This document shows, piece by piece, positions 11,252-21,214 of a stretch of 57,637 nucleotides of DNA. Made by a program: the position numbers and the translations under genes. Source of the DNA: Longimicrobiales bacterium (GTDB lineage: Bacteria > Gemmatimonadota > Gemmatimonadetes > Longimicrobiales > Gaopeijiaceae). The stretch lies in the NCBI GenBank assembly GCA_965226375.1, contig CBDDCX010000003.1:1-57637 (forward strand), in the 5' to 3' direction. Every line of letters starts with the position of its first letter. Within the stretch, counting starts at the first letter, position 1. The notes under the pieces are model-generated. The model ran no database searches. It was not told the DNA's origin and was given only the letters and a program-made list of their open reading frames with translations.

Positions 11252-11275
11252 GGCCTTGAGGCCTTGAGGCCTTGA
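11252..11275 (+). repeat. Tandem repeat (GGCCTTGA)x3
   Basis: Three exact 8-bp units in the intergenic spacer. Confidence 0.9.
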
Positions 11276-11317
11276 GGCGGGGGTGGTCGACCTCATCCCA
11301 TTCGTGAGGAGGTAGAG

Positions 11318-12526
11318 ATGCGCCCGATCCGCTCATTCATCCCAACCATCGGCATCATGCTCGGCCTCTGGACCGCGTCCTCGGCCTGGGCCCAGGCGCC
11401 GGTCTACGAATCCGAGCGTGGACCCTACCGCGTCGTGACCGTCGTGGATGGTCTGCAGGACCCGTGGTCCATCGCCTTCCTCCCCGGGGGTGAGATGCTG
11501 GTCACGGAGAAGCCCGGGCGGCTGCGGATCGTGCGCAACGGGGTTCTCCAGCCGGAGCCCATTGCGGGCACGCCAGAGGTCCGGCACGTGGGGCAGGGCG
11601 GCCTCCTGGACGTGGTACTCCACCCGGACTACGAATCCAACCGGCTCATCTACCTCAGCTTCTCCAAGCCGAACGAAGATGGGAGCCAGGGTACGACCGC
11701 CGTGGTTCGAGGCAGGTTTGAGGGCAACCGCCTAGCCGATGTAGAGGAGATCTTCGAGGCGAAGGCGTGGAGCAGGACCGGAGGACATTATGGATCCCGG
11801 CTGGCCTTCGATGCCGAGGGCTACCTCTTCATAACGGTCGGCGACCGGCAGGCGCCTCCGGCGATGGAAACCGCGTATCTGCACGCTGCCCAGGATCTCA
11901 CCAACCATCAGGGGACGGTCATTCGCCTCCATGACGACGGAGGCGTCCCTGCGGACAATCCGTTCGTCGACCGAGCCGACGCACTGCCCGAGATCTGGAG
12001 CTACGGCCACCGCAGCCCGCAGGGCCTCGCCATCCATCCCGAGACGGGCGACATCTTCCAGAGCGAGCACGGGCCCCAGGGCGGAGACGAGCTGAATCTC
12101 ATCCTGCCGGGGCGGAACTATGGCTGGCCCGTCATCGGCTACGGCACGAACTATGGGGGGGGCCGCCTCTTCTCGACGAGGGAGGTCGACGGGATGGAAC
12201 AGCCGCTCCAGCACTTCACACCTTCCATCGCCCCCTCCGGGTTGATGGTTTATACCGGCGACCGCTTCCCGGAGTGGAAGAACAGCGTCTTCATGGGAGG
12301 AATGGCCGATCCACAAGTCGCCCGGCTGCCGCTCGTGGGTGCGGGTGAGGGTGTGTACGTGGGAAGGATGGAGCGGCCTCCATTGATGATCGGCTTCGGG
12401 CGCATCCGAGCCATCACGCAAGGGCCGGACGGCCTGATCTACATCGCGATCGACGACCGCCGGGGCGGCGGCCTCACGCCGATCGTGCGCCTCGAGCCCG
12501 GCGATGCGACCCAGGCTGCTGGATGA
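11318..12526 (+). CDS. PQQ-dependent sugar dehydrogenase (glucose/sorbosone dehydrogenase family)
   Basis: GQGGLLD, HYGSRLAF, EIWSYGHRSPQG, EHGPQGGDELN and NYGWP motifs; signal peptide. Confidence 0.93.
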   Translation: MRPIRSFIPTIGIMLGLWTASSAWAQAPVYESERGPYRVVTVVDGLQDPWSIAFLPGGEMLVTEKPGRLRIVRNGVLQPEPIAGTPEVRHVGQGGLLDVVLHPDYESNRLIYLSFSKPNEDGSQGTTAVVRGRFEGNRLADVEEIFEAKAWSRTGGHYGSRLAFDAEGYLFITVGDRQAPPAMETAYLHAAQDLTNHQGTVIRLHDDGGVPADNPFVDRADALPEIWSYGHRSPQGLAIHPETGDIFQSEHGPQGGDELNLILPGRNYGWPVIGYGTNYGGGRLFSTREVDGMEQPLQHFTPSIAPSGLMVYTGDRFPEWKNSVFMGGMADPQVARLPLVGAGEGVYVGRMERPPLMIGFGRIRAITQGPDGLIYIAIDDRRGGGLTPIVRLEPGDATQAAG

Positions 12527-13806
12527 TGGAACTCGTGATGTCCTCCTTCCGCGCTCGGTGGATCGCGGCGGTCTGGTTGCTGTTCGGAATCATCGCTGCC
12601 TCGCCGGTTTCCGGCGTGCAGCAGCCACAAGGCACCATCGTGCTACGCACCTCGCGGCTTCTGGACGGTCGGGGCGGGGTGCTCGTGAGCCGCGACCTGG
12701 TGATCAGGGGGGGCATGATCGTGGAGATCGTGCCGGGTGGCAGCGGGGTCGGGGACCTCGTCTACGACCTCACCTCGCTCACCGTGCTCCCCGGTTATAT
12801 CGACACCCACGTGCACATCAGCCGTCACTTCGATCCGGGCGGAAAGCTTCATCCTCCGGATGACCAGAGCGAGCCCGGTCATGTAACGCTGTACGGGGCG
12901 GAGAACGCGTACAACACCCTGATGAGCGGCGTGACGACGATTCAGAGCCTGGGTGGGCCCGAAGACGCGGACCTGAAGGAGTGGATCGCCCGAGGGACGA
13001 TTCCTGGGCCCCGGTTGCTCACGTCCCTCGGGTACGTGACCGAAAACACGGGATCGCCCGAGGAGATTCGCCGGTTCGTGCGTGACAACGCGGCCGCCGG
13101 CGCCGACGTGATCAAGATCTTCGCTTCCACGAGCATCCGCTTCGGCGGAGTGACCAACCTGTCTCTCGCACAGCTCCAGGCCGCGTGCGGAGAGGCACGG
13201 GCTCAGGGGTTGCGTTCGGTGGTGCACGCGCACCGCTCGGATGGTGTGGAGTTGGCGGCTCAGTCGGGCTGCACCCAGATCGAGCACGGTTGGCTGCTCG
13301 AGCCGCCGCCGCTCGAGCTGATCGCCGAGAGCGGAATGTATCTGGGCACCCAGATCGATCTCCTCTTCCGGAACTACGCCGAAAACGCGGAGCGTTACGC
13401 GGGCATCGCTAGCTACACGATGGACGGGTTCGCCAATCTCCAGGAAGCCCGGCCCGGAGCCCTGCGTACCTTCCAGGAATCGCTCCGCCTCCCTGGGCTC
13501 AAGCTCGTGTACAGCACCGACGCGGTGGCTGGTGGCCACGGCCGCAATGCCCAGGAGCTGGTCGCGTATGCCGAGATCGGGGGGATGAGTCCCATGGACG
13601 TCATCATCTCGGCAACTTCCCTGGCTGCGGAGTCGCTGGGGTTGGACGACCGGATCGGCTCGATCGCGCCGGGTCTGGAAGCGGACATCATCGGCGTGGA
13701 CGGTGATCCGCTCTCCGATGCTGCGGCCCTGGACCGGGTTGTCTTCGTCATGAGGGCGGGCAAGGTATACAAGAACGAGCCGGCGGTCTCTCGGCCGGAA
13801 AACTAG
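12523..13806 (+). CDS. Secreted amidohydrolase (Xaa-Pro dipeptidase-like)
   Basis: PGYIDTHVH, DVIKIFA, VHAH, IEHG, STDA and GSIAPGLEADII motifs. Confidence 0.9.
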   Translation: MMELVMSSFRARWIAAVWLLFGIIAASPVSGVQQPQGTIVLRTSRLLDGRGGVLVSRDLVIRGGMIVEIVPGGSGVGDLVYDLTSLTVLPGYIDTHVHISRHFDPGGKLHPPDDQSEPGHVTLYGAENAYNTLMSGVTTIQSLGGPEDADLKEWIARGTIPGPRLLTSLGYVTENTGSPEEIRRFVRDNAAAGADVIKIFASTSIRFGGVTNLSLAQLQAACGEARAQGLRSVVHAHRSDGVELAAQSGCTQIEHGWLLEPPPLELIAESGMYLGTQIDLLFRNYAENAERYAGIASYTMDGFANLQEARPGALRTFQESLRLPGLKLVYSTDAVAGGHGRNAQELVAYAEIGGMSPMDVIISATSLAAESLGLDDRIGSIAPGLEADIIGVDGDPLSDAAALDRVVFVMRAGKVYKNEPAVSRPEN

Positions 13807-13824
13807 AGGCGGGAGAGCCAAGGC

Positions 13825-15624
13825 ATGAGGTGTCGAAGGTCGATTCGCGAGGTCACCTCCTACCGTGTCGCGTCCCTCCTCGGATTCTTCTCCCTCCTCG
13901 GACTCTTCGGTACGCTTTCCCCCGCGGGCCCACAGTCACTCGGCGCACAGTCGCTTTTGGACAGCTATACGCCCGTGACCGAGGCCATGCTGCTCAGCCC
14001 ACCGGAGGGTGAGTGGCTGATGTGGCGGGGAACCTACGGCCACTGGGGCCATAGCCCCCTCGATCAGATCAATACGTCGAACGTGGGCACGCTCCGCTTG
14101 GCGTGGGCGTGGACCATGGAGCCAGGCAGGCAGGAGACGACCCCTTTGGTGCACGACGGTGTCATGTTCCTGCCCCAGTCCTGTGACTTCATCGAGGCCG
14201 TGGACGCCCGAGACGGAACCCTCCTCTGGGAATACCGGCGGGAGCGGGTCGAGCACCCGGCGAGCCTGGGGTGCGCCAACCGCAGCGCGGCTCTTTACGG
14301 CGACCAGGTCATCATCACCACACACGACGCCTATCTGGTCGCCCTCGACGCCCGCACGGGAGAGGTGACGTGGGAGCACCAGGTCGGCGATTGGACCATC
14401 GGACACCACTACTCCGGTGGACCCCAGATCATCAAGGGTCAGATCGTTGCAGGCATGTCGGGCTGCTACCACATCAACACGAGTTGCTGGATCTCGGCCC
14501 ACGACGTTGAGACGGGTGAAGAGCTGTGGCGCAGGCACACGATCCCACAGCAAGGAGAGCCCGGAAGCGAGACTTGGGGAGCCCTTCCGGACGAGCAGCG
14601 ACGAGGAGGCTCCGCTTGGATTGCCCCGAGCTACGATCCGGATCTGAACCTGATCTACGTCGGCGTAGCGGTCCCGATCCCGTGGGGAGCGGTCCAGCGA
14701 GACACAGGCGCTGGCGATGTCCTCTACACCAACTCGACGCTCGCCCTCGACGCCGACTCTGGAGAAATCGAGTGGTACTTCCAGCATCTGCCAGGAGACG
14801 AATGGGACCAGGACCACCCGTTCGAGCGCATCCTGGTGGAGACCGAAGTGGCGCCCGACCCGGATGCCGTCACCTGGCTGAATCCGGACATCACGCCGGG
14901 AGATCGTCGTAAGGTGGTCACTGGGATTCCAGGCAAGCCGGGCCTCGTATGGACGCTGGACGCGGCCACGGGAGACTTCCTCTGGGCGCGAGAGATGAGC
15001 TACCAGACCATCATCGTGGGTGTCGACGTGGAAGGACGAAAGGGAATCGCCAACCCGGACCTCAAGGGCCTTGCGATCGGGGAGGAGACCCTCGTCTGTC
15101 CGCACGTCAGCGGGGGTGGCATCAACTGGCAAACAGTCTCCTACAGCCCCCAGACCAACACCCTCTACGCCCCCACCAACAATACCTGCATGATCTGGAC
15201 ACTGCATCCGGTGGAGCCCACGCTCGGCGCATACCACGGCTCAGCGACCTATCAGCGGGTGCAGGTCCCGAACTCTGATGAGCAAGTGGGTCAGTTCACG
15301 GCGGTGGACGTGGCGACAGGGGAGACCCGTTGGGCGCTCCGCCAAAGGGCCGGGATCGGGGGATCGGTACTGAGCACGGGCGGCGGATTGGTTTTCGTCA
15401 CCGACGACGCGCGGCGTCTCCGCGCCTTCCACGCGGACACCGGGGAGATTCTTTGGGAGCAGGTCCTCAACTCGAGCGCGGGCGGGTTCCCGGTGAGCTA
15501 CATGGTGGACGGCGTTCAGTATATCGCCATCGCGGCCGGCGGCGGCGTGAACTACCGGAGCATCACGCGGGAGATCCGACAGAGGGGTGGCGGCAACACG
15601 CTCTTCGTGTTTCGGCTTCCGTAA
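13825..15624 (+). CDS. PQQ-dependent alcohol-dehydrogenase-like beta-propeller
   Basis: EWLMWRGTY, SPLDQINTSNV, ETTPLVHDG, WYFQHLPGDEWDQDHPFE and YMVDGVQYIA motifs. Confidence 0.9.
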   Translation: MRCRRSIREVTSYRVASLLGFFSLLGLFGTLSPAGPQSLGAQSLLDSYTPVTEAMLLSPPEGEWLMWRGTYGHWGHSPLDQINTSNVGTLRLAWAWTMEPGRQETTPLVHDGVMFLPQSCDFIEAVDARDGTLLWEYRRERVEHPASLGCANRSAALYGDQVIITTHDAYLVALDARTGEVTWEHQVGDWTIGHHYSGGPQIIKGQIVAGMSGCYHINTSCWISAHDVETGEELWRRHTIPQQGEPGSETWGALPDEQRRGGSAWIAPSYDPDLNLIYVGVAVPIPWGAVQRDTGAGDVLYTNSTLALDADSGEIEWYFQHLPGDEWDQDHPFERILVETEVAPDPDAVTWLNPDITPGDRRKVVTGIPGKPGLVWTLDAATGDFLWAREMSYQTIIVGVDVEGRKGIANPDLKGLAIGEETLVCPHVSGGGINWQTVSYSPQTNTLYAPTNNTCMIWTLHPVEPTLGAYHGSATYQRVQVPNSDEQVGQFTAVDVATGETRWALRQRAGIGGSVLSTGGGLVFVTDDARRLRAFHADTGEILWEQVLNSSAGGFPVSYMVDGVQYIAIAAGGGVNYRSITREIRQRGGGNTLFVFRLP

Positions 15625-15810
15625 GGGGTCGCACCACCCCCCATCGTTCAGGAGCGGCCGTCTTCTCGTTCGATGCGTACCGTCGTAGGACCGGGCCGGG
15701 GCGCCCAACAAGATGCTTGCCAGCACTCGGATCTCCGTCACATCGTTCAGTAACCGTCGATTCACGAAGCCGACCCCCCCCCCAACGACGCCAGGAGGAT
15801 GTAACGAGTC

Positions 15811-16272
15811 ATGGCCCCCCGGACTGAGCCGCTCATCTTCATTGTCGAGGACGAACCCGGCCATGCAGTACTGATAGATGCGGTACTCGACGCGAGCCTG
15901 GACCAAGCCAAGACCCATCGAGTGGTCACTGGTTGGGAGGCTCGGGTGTACCTCGCGGGGGAAGCGCCGTATGAGGACCGGGAGTGGAATCCACTTCCAA
16001 CGCTCATCGTCCTCGACCTCGGGTTACCGGATGGTGCCGGTTACGAGTCCGGTTTCGAGCTTCTGGCGTGGCTCGGGGAGCGAGAAGATCTCTCCCAGAT
16101 CCCGGCCATCGTATTCACGGGATCCGAGGATCCCGAGCACTAGCGGAGGGCCTACGCGTTGGGAGCGCGACGCTTCTTGCGGAAGGACAAGGATTACGAA
16201 CTGTTGACCCAAGCGGTCAAAGAAGAACTCGACCGGTGTGTCGAGACGCCCCAAGGCGAGGCCAGCCCCTGA
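15811..16272 (+). pseudogene. Single-domain response regulator (Rcp1-like receiver) with in-frame TAG at 16141
   Basis: IVEDE, LIVLDLGLP and IVFTGS motifs; the frame continues after the TAG as RRAYALGARRFLRK (conserved Lys) to TGA 16272. Confidence 0.85.
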
Positions 16273-16543
16273 TTCTCGCCGCGTAAAGTCGACGGCTACT
16301 CCCGGCCTTTCACTTTTTTACGCTTCCTCCATTGTGCTGCTGGCGCAAAGGGACACGTGGAAGAGACGGCTGGCCCCGCTTGCGGGAGTGGGGCGTATGG
16401 CGCTGAGCAACTACGGCAAGCTCCAACCCATGCGCCTGTATAGCTGAGGTCCTTGCCTCGGGGTGCATGCCGTCTATCATCAGGGCTTGAAGAAATGGAG
16501 CTTGATTCCCCGGCCCAAACCTTGATGCTCGAGGAGACCTGAG

Positions 16544-18529
16544 ATGAAGAAGAGCGACCGTGAGCTGGGCATGGACCGGGAGATCAACCGTCGCGACTTC
16601 CTGAACGGAGCGAGCATCGCGATCGCGGGAGCAGTCCTCGCGCCGGGCGCCTCGGGGGCGCAGGGGAAGGAAGCCTCACCGGCTCCGGCCGCGTCTCCAT
16701 TCATCGAAGGTTCTCCGAGCCAGGAGACGTACTATCCGCCGACACGCACGGGGATGCGGGGCAGCCATCCGGGCTCGTTCGAGGTGGCTCATGAGATGCG
16801 GTTCGGCAAGACGTGGGACGATGCGCAGGAGACGGGGGAGGCGTACGACCTGATCGTGGTGGGTGGTGGGCTGAGTGGTCTCGGGGCGGCCTACTACTTT
16901 CGGAAGGCGATGCCCGAGGCTCGCGTCCTGGTCCTGGACAACCACGACGACTTCGGAGGGCATGCCAAGCGGAACGAGCACGTGGTCGACGGGCGCCAGA
17001 TCATCGGCTACGGGGGCACGACGTACATCACGGGAGCCTATACGTACGAAGGCCTGGAGTTGCTCCACGACATCGGTCTCGACGCGGAGGAGTACAAGCG
17101 TGCGAACGTGGGAAGCCGCTTCCGAGCGAGAGAGCTGGGTTTAGGGAACGGGGTCTTCTTCGACGAGGAGACGTTCGGTGTGGATCGACTGGTGGTAGGA
17201 ACACCCCGATCGGACGAGTCCGAGTCGTGGACGCAGTGGCTTCGGAAGACGCCGCTCTCGGAGAGGGTGCGCAGTGATATCGCGAAGCTGTACCAGACGC
17301 AGGAGGATTACTTCCCCGGATTGTCGGTGGAGGAGAAGATCGCCCGGCTCCGGAAGATGAGCTATCAGGACTATCTGCTGAACGTCGTCGGCGTCCACCC
17401 GGACGTGATCCCCTTCTTCAAGCGCCGCGCCCCGGATGCCAATGGGTCGGCCGGCATCGATACGTTGAGCGGATGGGCTGCGTTCCGCTACAGCAGTTTA
17501 CCCGGGCTGCAGGGCCTCGGGCTCGGGGAGCCGCCGCCGAGAGACGGGTTCCCCGGGCTGGAGAATCCGTTCGACGGCCTGCACTTTCCGGACGGAAATG
17601 CTGGCATTGCGCGGCTGCTCGTGCGCTGGCTGATTCCCGATTCACTACCGGGCCACACGATGAACGATTCGGTGCCGGCGCGGGTCCGGTATTCGACCCT
17701 CGACCGGGCAGCAAACGACGTGAACATCCGCCTCAACAGCACGGTCGTGAGCGCTCGCCACGTGGGCGAGCGGGGACAGGCGAACGAGGTGGAGGTCACG
17801 TACGTACGGGACGGTCAGGCGCATCGCGTGCGAGGAGGCACCTGCGTGATGGCGTGCTACAACTCGGTGATTCCGTATCTGTGTCCCGACCTGCCGGAGG
17901 ACCAGAAGGAGCACCTGCACATGGCGGTGCGCAGACCCTTCGTTGCGACCAACGTCGTGATTCGCGACTGGCAAGCGTTCGAGCGGCTCGGTGTGGCGCG
18001 CATCCATTGCCCGGGCTTTTACTTCGAAAGTGTTGGTCTCGACGGTTACAGCAACAGCTTCGGGGAATACCAGACCAGCCAGTCACCCGACGAACCGGTC
18101 GTCGTGACGCTCTGGGCATCTCCGATCGCTCCGGGCCTTCCCGTGCGGGATCAGTGGCGGGCAGCACGGGAGGAGCTCCTGACCATGACGTTCGAGACGT
18201 TCGAGCGCAACATCAGGGATCAGATGGCTCGTGCCCTGGGGGAGGGAGGCTTCGATCCGGCCCGGGACATCGAGGCCATCTTCGTCAATCGCTGGCCCCA
18301 CGGGTACGCGGGCGCGGGCAACGACCTCTACGACCCCGACTGGGGGTACGACGAGGCTCCCTGGGTGTTGGGCCGCAAGCGGTTCGGGCGCATCGCCATC
18401 GCGAACTCCGACGCGGCCGCGACGTGCCTGACGCAGGCCGCCTTCGACCAGGCGCACCGTGCGGTCCAGGAGCTGATCACCGACGTCATCCGGCCCGAGT
18501 TCCAATATCCCTGGGCCGAGCGAACCTAA
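16544..18529 (+). CDS. Tat-exported FAD oxidoreductase, spermidine dehydrogenase (SpdH)-like
   Basis: NRRDFLNG Tat motif, YYPP..TGMRGSHPGSFEVAH, GGGLSG, DNHDDFGGHAKRNE, HFPDGNAGIAR and NRWPHGY motifs. Confidence 0.88.
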   Translation: MKKSDRELGMDREINRRDFLNGASIAIAGAVLAPGASGAQGKEASPAPAASPFIEGSPSQETYYPPTRTGMRGSHPGSFEVAHEMRFGKTWDDAQETGEAYDLIVVGGGLSGLGAAYYFRKAMPEARVLVLDNHDDFGGHAKRNEHVVDGRQIIGYGGTTYITGAYTYEGLELLHDIGLDAEEYKRANVGSRFRARELGLGNGVFFDEETFGVDRLVVGTPRSDESESWTQWLRKTPLSERVRSDIAKLYQTQEDYFPGLSVEEKIARLRKMSYQDYLLNVVGVHPDVIPFFKRRAPDANGSAGIDTLSGWAAFRYSSLPGLQGLGLGEPPPRDGFPGLENPFDGLHFPDGNAGIARLLVRWLIPDSLPGHTMNDSVPARVRYSTLDRAANDVNIRLNSTVVSARHVGERGQANEVEVTYVRDGQAHRVRGGTCVMACYNSVIPYLCPDLPEDQKEHLHMAVRRPFVATNVVIRDWQAFERLGVARIHCPGFYFESVGLDGYSNSFGEYQTSQSPDEPVVVTLWASPIAPGLPVRDQWRAAREELLTMTFETFERNIRDQMARALGEGGFDPARDIEAIFVNRWPHGYAGAGNDLYDPDWGYDEAPWVLGRKRFGRIAIANSDAAATCLTQAAFDQAHRAVQELITDVIRPEFQYPWAERT

Positions 18530-18635
18530 GCGAGTGGGTCGAGCGCCTGTTCTGGCACGTTGGATCCCGCCGGCGCTTGCGAAGAACAGTGACTCGTAGC
18601 AGGAGGCGGGCACTTCTACGGTAGAGGAGGAAGGT

Positions 18636-20150
18636 GTGAGGCACATGCGGAGTACTTCGACAGCTTCCCGGCCGACTTGCTCCAGCCCCTCGTGGCTTTT
18701 ACTGCTGCTCGGTCTTGCGACCCTGTTTCCCGCCGTAGCCGAGGCTCAAGAAGAGCGCGCAGGATCCTCACGCTACGTCGAAGAGAACAACCAGATTCGT
18801 CGGGACAAGTTCGACCTCATCCTGCCGCAGATCATGCGGAACCGTGGCATCGACATGTGGATCCATGTGATGCGGCGGGCGGTTCCCGATCCCTTCGGTG
18901 CAGAAGATCTGGGCAGCACGTCGGGCGTCTTCGTTTTCACGGACCGTGGCGGTGATCGGATCGAACGGGCGATTATCGGACGCCGCTGGGCAGCGCCACT
19001 GCCTGAGCGGAACCGCTCCGACTATGTGGATCCGATTCGAGAGCTCGGCGTCTATGACATCGTCGGCGACCCGCTCTTCGTAGGAGAGCCCCTGTCGAGC
19101 CCGATGACCGAGTACGACTACAGGTTCAAGGGCCTCGGGGACTTCGTCGAAGCCCGCGACCCTGAGCGTATCGCGGTGAATTATCGGGAGCATCTGGCAC
19201 CGTGGGCGACCTTTGGACAGCCGGACGACGGTATCTCACATGTCGACTACCGACTGTTGACCAAGGAGCTCGGTGAATATGCGGACAGGCTGGTTTCGTC
19301 TGAGTATCTGATCATGGACTACAACGTCAGTCCGGTGCCAAGCGAGGTCGAGCTGCTCAAGAAGATGCGTGCCGACGATCTCGAGCTCGTAGAGAAAGCT
19401 CTCGCAGGCATCGAGCCGGGCGTGACCAAGACCCGCGATGCGGGGGTCACCGTCATTCGCCGAATGCGCACCGAACGATCGGGCTGGGAAAACAGTGTGG
19501 TTCAAGGAGGCGACATCCTTGCCGCACCGACCCAGGGACGGTACGCGTATGTGCTCCGCGACGGAGAGACTGAACCGCCCGCCGACATCAAGAAGCTGTG
19601 GGCGGAACATCTGACGATCGACAAGATCCTGACGGAGACCATCCGGGCCGGCCTTACCCCCCGAGAAATAATGAGAAGCTACAAGCAGAAGCTTGAAGAC
19701 GTGGGCATCGTAGTAAGAGATCCGCGTTTGCCTATGGTGCAGCCGAACCTTTTCGAGAGCCTCTGCTTCCTCAAGCCGCTACTCGGCCAGTGGCAAGAGG
19801 GCTGGGAAGGGTGCTGGGACAACGGTTCTCACGTCTATCCCGAAAGCTTCGACCCCGAGAATACCCAAGTTGTTTTCGACCTCCACGGGGTGGGAAAGGG
19901 AGCGCGTGAGAATAGATTCGATCACGGGTTAGGGCCCAGAATGGGTTCCTATGGCCCGGATTGGACTCGCGATTTGCCGCTCGCGTCCAATTACCACTTC
20001 GTTCTGGAATACTTTTCCTATATGCCGTCGCCTGCCGACGTAGACGAAGGCCAATACTTGGTCTTTTGGCACCATGAGCAAGCGATCGCCACTGAAAATG
20101 GGGTCGAGCGTTTATCTCCACAGCAACAAGAGCTGTTGCTCATTCATTAG
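18636..20150 (+). CDS. Secreted M24 peptidase-like protein (divergent)
   Basis: Signal peptide; LPQIMRNRGIDMWI N-domain, YAYVLRDGETEPP, HGVG and HEQAIATENG motifs. Confidence 0.7.
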   Translation: MRHMRSTSTASRPTCSSPSWLLLLLGLATLFPAVAEAQEERAGSSRYVEENNQIRRDKFDLILPQIMRNRGIDMWIHVMRRAVPDPFGAEDLGSTSGVFVFTDRGGDRIERAIIGRRWAAPLPERNRSDYVDPIRELGVYDIVGDPLFVGEPLSSPMTEYDYRFKGLGDFVEARDPERIAVNYREHLAPWATFGQPDDGISHVDYRLLTKELGEYADRLVSSEYLIMDYNVSPVPSEVELLKKMRADDLELVEKALAGIEPGVTKTRDAGVTVIRRMRTERSGWENSVVQGGDILAAPTQGRYAYVLRDGETEPPADIKKLWAEHLTIDKILTETIRAGLTPREIMRSYKQKLEDVGIVVRDPRLPMVQPNLFESLCFLKPLLGQWQEGWEGCWDNGSHVYPESFDPENTQVVFDLHGVGKGARENRFDHGLGPRMGSYGPDWTRDLPLASNYHFVLEYFSYMPSPADVDEGQYLVFWHHEQAIATENGVERLSPQQQELLLIH

Positions 20151-20201
20151 TTATTGGCAACCCCTTGTCAAAGGCGGAGCGCGATTCCGCCCTTGGGGCG
20201 C

Positions 20202-20963
20202 TCAGCCGGCGACGCCACCACCGTCCACGACCAGAGAATCGCCGGTGACGAACGAAGCTTCGTCGGAAGCGAGGAAGACCACCGCGTCCGCTATCTCGTC
20301 AGCGGTGCCGATGCGGCCCAGCGGCCGGTCCGAAAACTCGGCGAGATACTCCTCCCACGGCATACCACGCTTGGCGGCGTCGTCGGGGAGCATCGGGGTA
20401 TCGACGTCGCCAGGACACACGCAGTTGACGCGAATGCCGTCGGGACCGTGGTCGATTGCCATCGCCTTGGCCATGATGACCAGGCCTCCCTTCGCAGCGC
20501 AGTACGCCGCCGCCTTGTCGCCTCCGAGGATGCCCCAGCCGGAGCTGGTGTGGATGATCGAACCGCCACCGTTCTCGATCATCGACGGGATGGCGTACTT
20601 CGACATGAGAAAGGCCCCTTTCAGGCTCGAGTCGATCGTCTCGTCCCACTCCTCCTCGGTGCACTCCGGCACGGTCTTCGGGTGAAACACCCCGGCGTTG
20701 TTGAACAGGATGTCGATTCGACCGAAGCGCTCCAGCGTCTGCTCGACCGCCTGTCTACAGTCCTCCGCGATGCGCACGTCCGAGCGAATGAACATCGCCT
20801 CGCCGCCCGCGTCGACAATCGACTGTGCGACGGCTTCGCCTCGCTCCGCGTTGCGTCCCGTCAGTGCCACGGATGCCCCCTCGCGCGCGAAGCGCACTGC
20901 CGTGGCGCTTCCGATGCCCGAGGTGCCGCCGGTGATCAAACCCACTTTGCCGTCCAATCTCAT
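20202..20963 (-). CDS. Short-chain dehydrogenase/reductase
   Basis: TGGTSGIG, NNAG and YCAAK motifs. Confidence 0.95.
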   Translation of the reverse strand: MRLDGKVGLITGGTSGIGSATAVRFAREGASVALTGRNAERGEAVAQSIVDAGGEAMFIRSDVRIAEDCRQAVEQTLERFGRIDILFNNAGVFHPKTVPECTEEEWDETIDSSLKGAFLMSKYAIPSMIENGGGSIIHTSSGWGILGGDKAAAYCAAKGGLVIMAKAMAIDHGPDGIRVNCVCPGDVDTPMLPDDAAKRGMPWEEYLAEFSDRPLGRIGTADEIADAVVFLASDEASFVTGDSLVVDGGGVAG

Positions 20964-21214
20964 GCGCGATTCCCCTTCTTGGTTAGCGGCTGCTCCGGCG
21001 TCCCGACCGGAACCGGTCCGCGTCTATTTATGCGTCATGGCGTCAGTGTACTCGGCCCGCTGCATCGGCGCCACGGGGAAGACCCCCCGGAGCGATCATA
21101 CAGACCTACTGGAGCGTTTTCTCGGCCGGTTCGAGAAGTACGTGAAGGAGGGACAGCCCGGTTCATGACGCCCCGGCGACCATCGCTTGGGCGACTCGCG
21201 TACGAACGAAGCTC

